Part shown: positions 56,876 to 64,000 of the stretch, one piece after another | Numbering within the stretch: the first letter of the stretch is position 1 | How the letters are laid out: the number at the start of each line of letters is the position of its first letter | Assembly (NCBI GenBank): GCA_965238225.1 | Contig: OZ250183.1 | Location: forward strand, 1,632,001 to 1,696,000 | DNA: 64,000 nt | Origin: Gammaproteobacteria bacterium | GTDB taxonomy: Bacteria; Pseudomonadota; Gammaproteobacteria; Eutrophobiales; Eutrophobiaceae | Direction: 5' to 3' | Program-made: the position numbers and the translations under genes | The notes under the pieces: generated by a model | The model's database searches: none | Seen by the model: the letters and a program-made list of their open reading frames with translations, nothing else | Told to the model about the DNA's origin: nothing

Positions 56876-57360
56876 TAATGTATTGCTCTAAAGACATTAA
56901 TCATTTCAATGGCAGCCTCAGCAGCTTCTGCACCCTTATTGCTCTTTTCATCGCTTGTTTTATCTCCTGCCCTGTCCATGGCTTGCTCTACATTATCAAC
57001 TGTAAGTACGCCAAAGATCACAGGCGTGTCATTTGCTATGGCAATTTCACCAAGACCTCGAGCACATTCTGAACATATATAGTCAAAATGAGAAGTTTCA
57101 CCACGAATCACAGCACCCAAGGCGATTACCGCATCACATGTAATATATTTCACCACGCGCTGAACCGTTGATGGAATTTCAAAGACACCAGGCACACGCA
57201 CGACAATGATATCTTGATCTTGCAAACCAGACTTTTTTAAGGTGTCGAGGCAGGCTTTAAGCAAACGCTTGACAATAAAACTATTAAAGCGGCTTGCAAC
57301 GATAGTAATTTTCGCCCTATCTAGTTTTTTATTACCTTCAATTAAATTATGTTCAGTCAT
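56875..57360 (-). CDS. ribH: 6,7-dimethyl-8-ribityllumazine synthase
   Basis: SRFN, VPGVFEIP, GAVIRGETSHFDY, FGVLT, NKG. Confidence 0.96.
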   Translation of the reverse strand: MTEHNLIEGNKKLDRAKITIVASRFNSFIVKRLLKACLDTLKKSGLQDQDIIVVRVPGVFEIPSTVQRVVKYITCDAVIALGAVIRGETSHFDYICSECARGLGEIAIANDTPVIFGVLTVDNVEQAMDRAGDKTSDEKSNKGAEAAEAAIEMINVFRAIH

Positions 57361-57375
57361 TTGATAATCATTTAT

Positions 57376-58485
57376 TCAAGTTACATATTCAACAATTTCA
57401 AGACCATAACCTGAAATAGCATGAAATCGTTTTGGCGCACTCAATACCCGCATTTTTTGCACACCAAGATCAGATAATATCTGTGCACCAAGACCTATCG
57501 TTCTTTGGTCTTTTGTGTTCTTTTTATTCTGATGTACTGGCTTCTGAAACGGCCCTTGGCAAAACGATTTTAATTGCTCGACCAATTCCTGTGATTCAAA
57601 TTGGTTGCATAAAATCACTACAACCCCCTGCCCTTCATCTTGTATCCGTTGCAACACATCGCTAATTGGCCAAGCAGTATTTTCTCTTGATCTTCCTGTC
57701 AGATCATAAATTGGATTCTGCATATGCACACGAACCAATACAGAATCATTTTTACCAATTTTACCTTTGATCATCGCCAAGTGTAGATTATTATCAGTGC
57801 TATCTTCGTAAGCTACGATTCTGAAATCACCATATTCTGTCGGTATTTCATATTCAGCAATACGCGAGATCGTTTTTTCATTTTCGATTCGATATTGAAT
57901 TAAATCTGCGATCGTACCCATTTTTAATTTATGTGTTTTGGCAAAGGCTTCCAGATCTGGCCGCCTTGCCATTGATCCATCATCTTTCATAATTTCTACG
58001 ATCACAGCTGCCGGCACAAGACCTGCTAGTTTGGATAAATCGCATCCAGCTTCAGTATGGCCGGCACGTGACAAGATACCGCCAGGATGCGCCATTAAAG
58101 GAAAAACATGTCCTGGCTGCACTAGGTGAGAAGGCTCGGCATTCTCTGCTACCGCTTTTTGTATTGTAAGCGCTCTATCGGCAGCAGAAATTCCTGTAGT
58201 AACGCCTTCTGCCGCTTCAATGGACACAGTGAAGTTAGTGCCATGGCTCGAATAATTATTCCCCACCATCAATGGCAAGCTTAATGTTTTGCAACATTCA
58301 CGTGTTAAGGTCAGACATATTAGACCCCTGCCATATCGAGCCATGAAATTAATATCCTCTGCACGCACAGCAGATGCCGCCATAACAAGATCACCTTCAT
58401 TTTCGCGATCTTCATCATCCATTAGGACAATGATCTTACCTGCTTGAATATCGTCAATAAGTTCTTTTGCTGTATTAAGCACCAT
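57376..58485 (-). CDS. ribB: DHBP synthase fused to a degenerate GTP cyclohydrolase II-like domain (RibBX type)
   Basis: DDEDRENEGD, TTGISAADR, RAGHTEA. The C-terminal domain has VRVH but lacks the zinc-binding cysteines. Confidence 0.9.
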   Translation of the reverse strand: MVLNTAKELIDDIQAGKIIVLMDDEDRENEGDLVMAASAVRAEDINFMARYGRGLICLTLTRECCKTLSLPLMVGNNYSSHGTNFTVSIEAAEGVTTGISAADRALTIQKAVAENAEPSHLVQPGHVFPLMAHPGGILSRAGHTEAGCDLSKLAGLVPAAVIVEIMKDDGSMARRPDLEAFAKTHKLKMGTIADLIQYRIENEKTISRIAEYEIPTEYGDFRIVAYEDSTDNNLHLAMIKGKIGKNDSVLVRVHMQNPIYDLTGRSRENTAWPISDVLQRIQDEGQGVVVILCNQFESQELVEQLKSFCQGPFQKPVHQNKKNTKDQRTIGLGAQILSDLGVQKMRVLSAPKRFHAISGYGLEIVEYVT

Positions 58486-58566
58486 CAAATATAAATTAAT
58501 GTAAATAAATCAGTAGAATAAGAAAATTGCAATTATGACACACTTTCATTGTTAACCCTGCAAACC

Positions 58567-59163
58567 CTAATTTCTATCTGCAATAAGTGACTCCATATAA
58601 CGAGCCACAATATCAACCTCAAGATTAACTTTCCTGCCTTCGGTATATTCAGAAAATATGGTTTCTTTGAATGTGTGTGGAATGATGTTTACAGAAAATG
58701 TTGATTGTTCAGTATCATTTACCGTCAAACTGACACCGTCGATACAGATCGATCCTTTCCTGCAGATATACTTTCCAAGTTCAGCGGAAAATTTTATTTC
58801 AAAGTGTTCCGATCTTGAATCTGAAAATTTATTTTGAATTATTCCCTTGCCATCAACATGACCACTCACCATATGCCCACCAAACCGCGATGAAAGTTGC
58901 ATTGCCTTTTCAAGATTAACCTTATCACCGCAAGCAAGGTCATCAAAAGTTGTGCATGATAATGTTTCAACAGAAACATCCGCAGAAAAACTTTTTTTCT
59001 GTAAACCTACAGCGGTCAAACAAACGCCATTAACACTGATGCTATCACCCACCTCAACGTCTGACAGACTTAGTGAATCCGAAATAATGAAAAATCTTTT
59101 GTCAGAATCTATTACTTCAATAGATTCTATCTTGCCAGTGGCTTCTATGATTCCAGTGAACAT
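58567..59163 (-). CDS. ribE: Riboflavin synthase alpha chain
   Basis: MFTGII, GVCLT, GGHMVSGHVDG, DGVSLT, VNLEVD. Confidence 0.96.
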   Translation of the reverse strand: MFTGIIEATGKIESIEVIDSDKRFFIISDSLSLSDVEVGDSISVNGVCLTAVGLQKKSFSADVSVETLSCTTFDDLACGDKVNLEKAMQLSSRFGGHMVSGHVDGKGIIQNKFSDSRSEHFEIKFSAELGKYICRKGSICIDGVSLTVNDTEQSTFSVNIIPHTFKETIFSEYTEGRKVNLEVDIVARYMESLIADRN

Positions 59164-59357
59164 AATAATTTTTATAATTTTATAATTTTCTGGTCATACC
59201 AGAACAATATTATCATTCTCTAATAAATTTATTCTGTTCTGCCCATGATCTTTGTAGAACAAAATAATATACCAATCTTATCTTCATTATAAATCGACAG
59301 TGCTTCTTTAAATTTATACATATTGTTCTTTTTGGCTCATGTCATCATGCATCTCCA

Positions 59358-60367
<1,010 letters not shown>

Positions 60368-60739
60368 TTATTCCTGTCTGAATTAATTAATAATGTCATG
60401 CTAGGGAAAGTCTCATTTTATCCTATTGCCAGCTTCGTATATATATCCATATTTATGTCTAAACTACCCAGAGAAAACCCAAAAATATATGGCTGAGATA
60501 TAGATTTTAGCCAATGTTATCTTGTTTACATACAATACTCAGTCTTGCATTTTAAGCAATCGGGGTGGTATACGCTCTTTATGTGTGTGTGACGCGCGCG
60601 CCCTAGTCGTTGACTATGTTCAGAGCTATATTCAGGATTCAGAGTTTTGATCATTAACCATAGTCAATGCACATACTTCTAGTGTAGTCTAAAATTATAA
60701 TTTTCTTAAGTTAATGTTTTCTTGGTTTATGATTAAGTC

Positions 60740-61543
60740 GTGGAACAACTATTACAAAATCATGAAGCACTGTCTCGACTGAGTGCATTTTTGATGGCTC
60801 TGATTCTCCTACTTCTATGGGAAGCGTTAAGCCCGAGAAGGTCGCCTTTACTGGGCTTGTGCCGACGTTTGAATAACCTAGGACTCGTAAGTCTTGATGT
60901 GCTGCTGGTTCGTTTTTTAATACCCCTTGCCACAATCGCCGTAGCCAAAACTTCAGCGGATCGAGGCTTAGGTTTGTTTAATAATGTTGATTCAGGATTC
61001 TGGCTAGCTTTTGTAATATCTGTATTGTTTATGGATCTGGTCATTTATGCTCAACATGTCATAACGCACAAAATCCCGCTATTGTGGCGTATACACAGAG
61101 TGCACCATACTGATCTGGATTTCGATGTGACAACGGCCTTACGTTTTCATCCTTTTGAGATTATTCTGTCGCTTCTTGTAAAATGTTTTTTTATTGCCTT
61201 GCTCGGTGCGCCTGTCGTAGCGGTGATTGTTTTTGAAATCGTATTAAATATCTCATCCATGTTTAATCATAGTAATATACGGATATCAACTGGTGTTGAT
61301 CGCTTGCTTCGTTTTTTTATTGTTACTCCGGATATGCATCGTGTGCATCATTCTACTATCAAGATAGAAACGAATAGCAATTATGGGTTTAGCATCCCAT
61401 GGTGGGATTACATTTTTCGCACCTATCTACCGCAACCATCTGCAGGCCATATAAAAATGCAGATAGGCTTGAGTGAATTTCGAAGAAATAAAGTGATTTA
61501 TTTACATAATTTATTGATGCAACCATTTATTTCGATAAAGTAA
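60740..61543 (+). CDS. Sterol desaturase / fatty-acid hydroxylase family membrane protein
   Basis: His boxes QHVITH, HRVHH, FNHSN, HRVHH, and NYG...WD. Confidence 0.9.
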   Translation: MEQLLQNHEALSRLSAFLMALILLLLWEALSPRRSPLLGLCRRLNNLGLVSLDVLLVRFLIPLATIAVAKTSADRGLGLFNNVDSGFWLAFVISVLFMDLVIYAQHVITHKIPLLWRIHRVHHTDLDFDVTTALRFHPFEIILSLLVKCFFIALLGAPVVAVIVFEIVLNISSMFNHSNIRISTGVDRLLRFFIVTPDMHRVHHSTIKIETNSNYGFSIPWWDYIFRTYLPQPSAGHIKMQIGLSEFRRNKVIYLHNLLMQPFISIK

Positions 61544-61613
61544 AAAACTACAGAAACAATATTTTCTAAAGAAAATTAACGGATGTTTGGTGTTTTAAAA
61601 TGAGGTTTGTGTT

Positions 61614-62611
61614 ATGAGTGTAAAGTCAGCCGTACTTGAGAGATATTCAGAAGGTGCTAATGAAAGGCAAGAAAATTTATGTTGCCCAATTGATTATGAT
61701 ATTTCGCTGTTAAAACTATTACCTCAGGAAATTATTGATAAGGATTATGGCTGCGGTGATCCTTCGCGATATGTTCAAAAAGGCGATATAGTTTTGGATC
61801 TTGGTAGCGGCAGCGGCAAGATGTGCTACATGGCTGCTACAAGATTTAGCATTGGATTTGACTGCGATGGATGCATTTTTAACAGATAATCCAGTCACAA
61901 ATATAGAAACTGCACATCAACTGGAACTGTGGCAAGAAAACCAGCGAAAAACTAAACCTCTGATTGCAGATAATTCAGTTGATCTGATTATCTCAAACTG
62001 TGTTCTAAATCTGGTAGGTGACAAGCAGAAACAACAATTAGTTAGTGAAATATTTCGTCTATTAAAGCCGGGAGGTCGCATCGCCATATCTGATATTGTC
62101 AGCGACGAACCCATCCCCCGAGCACCTAAAGGCAGATGATGAGTTATGGAGCGGTTGCATTTCCGGAGCCTTTGAAGAAGAAGAAATATTAGATGCGTTT
62201 CACAAGGTGGGGTTTCTTTCTGTTAGCCTAGATAAGTGGGATCTTGTGCCATGGCGAGTGGTTGAAGGCGTAGAATTTAGATCGGTCACGGTCACAGCAG
62301 TAAAGGGAAACAATGAAGAATGTCTGGATTATGGACAGGCTGTTATTTACAGGGGTCCTTTTAAAACAGTCTTTGATGATGAAAGACATAAGTTTCCGCG
62401 CGGTGTCAGGATAGCTGTCTGTCAGCGCACTTTTAGATATTTAACTGAAGGTCTGCATAAAAATGATTTTATTGGTATCACACCAGCTGAAAAACGAGAA
62501 GCAGTCGCTTGGTGTACGGGTCATAATACAAAACGACCAGCGAGCGAAACTAAAGGCGATGTGTATAAAGGTGCGCATAAACAAATTGGTAAAAAAACTA
62601 AATGCTGTTAA
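61614..62611 (+). pseudogene. ArsM-like (arsenite methyltransferase family) SAM methyltransferase, disrupted
   Basis: [40 protein letters not shown]-terminal CC spread over three frames. An internal segment is missing at ~61838 and there is a frameshift at ~62117. Confidence 0.8.
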
Positions 62612-62647
62612 TTACTGAAAGAAACAAAAACAAAGGAAAGAAAAACG

Positions 62648-63499
62648 ATGACAAAAATAATAGACGGTAAACAAATCTCACAAACAGTCCGTAGAGCATA
62701 CAAACAACGTGCTGATAAATTAAAAGATAATGGCATCATACCGGGGCTTGCTGTGATTATTGTTGGGGACGACTTAGCATCACATACCTACGTGCGGAAT
62801 AAGATTAAAGCATGTCATGAAGTGGGTCTACATTCTGAATCTCATGATATGTCAGAAGATGTCTCCGAAGAAATAGTGCTGAATCGAATTGATGAACTAA
62901 ATCACAACAACAAAATTCACGGTATCTTGGTGCAACTTCCATTGCCAGCACACATTAACGAAAAGAAAATTCTGGAGGCTATTTCACCTAATAAAGATAT
63001 TGACGGATTTCATTATTATAATCTTGGCGCACTCTTAACGGGCAATAAGATATTCCCACCCTGTACACCTTACGGTGTGATGCATATGCTAGATTACATG
63101 AATATTTCACTTGAAGGCAAGGAAGCAGTCATAGTAGGAAGAAGTAATATTGTTGGCAAGCCTATGGCCATATTGTTACTCGAAAAAAATGCCACGGTGA
63201 CAATATGCACTTCGAGAACACAAGATCTGAAAAGTCATACATTAAGAGCAGATATCTTGGTTGTTGCTACAGGTCGTGCAGAAATGATCACGGGCGATAT
63301 GGTCAAAAAAGGTGCAACTGTGATAGATGTCGGCATCAATCATACCGATGACGGTCATTTAGTTGGTGACGTTGAATTTGAAAGTGCCAAAGAAAAAGCA
63401 GCTTACATCACTCCAGTGCCTGGTGGTGTTGGCCCTATGACCATAGCCATGCTTATAGCCAATACAGTATTGTCTGCAGAAAAATCTTTAGGCTCGTAG
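62648..63499 (+). CDS. folD: Methylenetetrahydrofolate dehydrogenase/cyclohydrolase
   Basis: YVRNK, GILVQLPLP, KDIDG, PCTP, GRSNIVGKP, TPVPGGVGPMT. Confidence 0.97.
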   Translation: MTKIIDGKQISQTVRRAYKQRADKLKDNGIIPGLAVIIVGDDLASHTYVRNKIKACHEVGLHSESHDMSEDVSEEIVLNRIDELNHNNKIHGILVQLPLPAHINEKKILEAISPNKDIDGFHYYNLGALLTGNKIFPPCTPYGVMHMLDYMNISLEGKEAVIVGRSNIVGKPMAILLLEKNATVTICTSRTQDLKSHTLRADILVVATGRAEMITGDMVKKGATVIDVGINHTDDGHLVGDVEFESAKEKAAYITPVPGGVGPMTIAMLIANTVLSAEKSLGS

Positions 63500-63520
63500 T
63501 TTGCTTTAGAACTTGAGTGT

Positions 63521-64000
63521 TTAGTTTGAAGTTCTAAACTCATGCCTTACCCAAAGCATCGTGGTCAATAAAATTAAAGCGCCTGCCTGATGTGCTGTAG
63601 CGAGTGGCATAGGCACAAGCAGGAGCAATGTCGAAATACCAAGCAAAATTTGCAGGGTGACTGTTGCTAATAGGCAATGCAGGGAAACTCGCGTGCGTCT
63701 TGGCAACTCTTTATTCAAAAGCTTTAACCAAAAACCAAGAACAAGAACAAAAACGAATGCAGTCAACAGGCGATGTGTGAATTGAATGGTTACAACATTT
63801 TCGAAAAAATTTTTGATCAAAGGGTGAAGAACGAATAAATCTTTTGGTAAAAGCGTGTCACCCATCAAAGGAAAGGTGTTATAAACTAAACCTGCATCAG
63901 TTCCAGCTACAAAACCACCTGACGTAATAGCAACCATAAGTAACAGCACCAACGCCGACAGAAAACCTTTGTAGGCGTGTATGGATTGTTGTTTAAAGGT
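63521..64000 (-). CDS. ctaA: Heme A synthase (COX15/CtaA family), C-terminal part
   Basis: GGFVAGTDAGLVYNTFPLM, QFTHR, QILLGISTL, AHQAGA. The 5' end is outside the window. Confidence 0.9.
   Translation of the reverse strand, partial: TFKQQSIHAYKGFLSALVLLLMVAITSGGFVAGTDAGLVYNTFPLMGDTLLPKDLFVLHPLIKNFFENVVTIQFTHRLLTAFVFVLVLGFWLKLLNKELPRRTRVSLHCLLATVTLQILLGISTLLLLVPMPLATAHQAGALILLTTMLWVRHEFRTSN

Noticed and set aside
57376-57900. GTP cyclohydrolase II domain lacking zinc cysteines
   Set aside because: Known RibBX architecture, common in Proteobacteria.

Overview
AT-rich chromosomal region of a gammaproteobacterium (taxonomy inferred from gene content) with signs of genome erosion and probably some consensus indel errors. 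The left ~29 kb is accessory. It holds a two-partner secretion pair (repeat-rich TpsA running off the left edge, plus TpsB), divergent from a four-gene signalling operon: class III cyclase-FHA, PP2C phosphatase, a membrane Ser/Thr kinase ending in an FGE-sulfatase/TagR-like domain, and a small membrane protein. After ubiG-gph lies a 13.6-kb block of three tandem RTX (Ca2+-binding repeat) cassettes sharing duplicated upstream and terminator DNA. This block is bounded by GGGGCTG inverted ends and a 7/8-matching 8-bp direct repeat, resembling a transposase-less IS1595/IS1016-type cassette. The right ~35 kb is mostly housekeeping: ygfX-like, DUF1674, sdhCDAB, sdhE, ygfZ, dsbB, ffh, ypjD, corB, glmM, ftsH, rlmE, greA, carAB, dapE, class I fumarase, thiL, nusB, ribH, ribBX, riboflavin synthase, hemB, folD, ctaA. 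It also contains decayed genes (YheT-like remnant, SAM methyltransferase, ArsM-like methyltransferase), templated micro-duplications in carB, a likely ATT start for glmM and a ~682-bp tandem unit whose leader is shared by an unrelated phosphoesterase gene. No rRNA, tRNA, CRISPR array or transposase gene was recognised.
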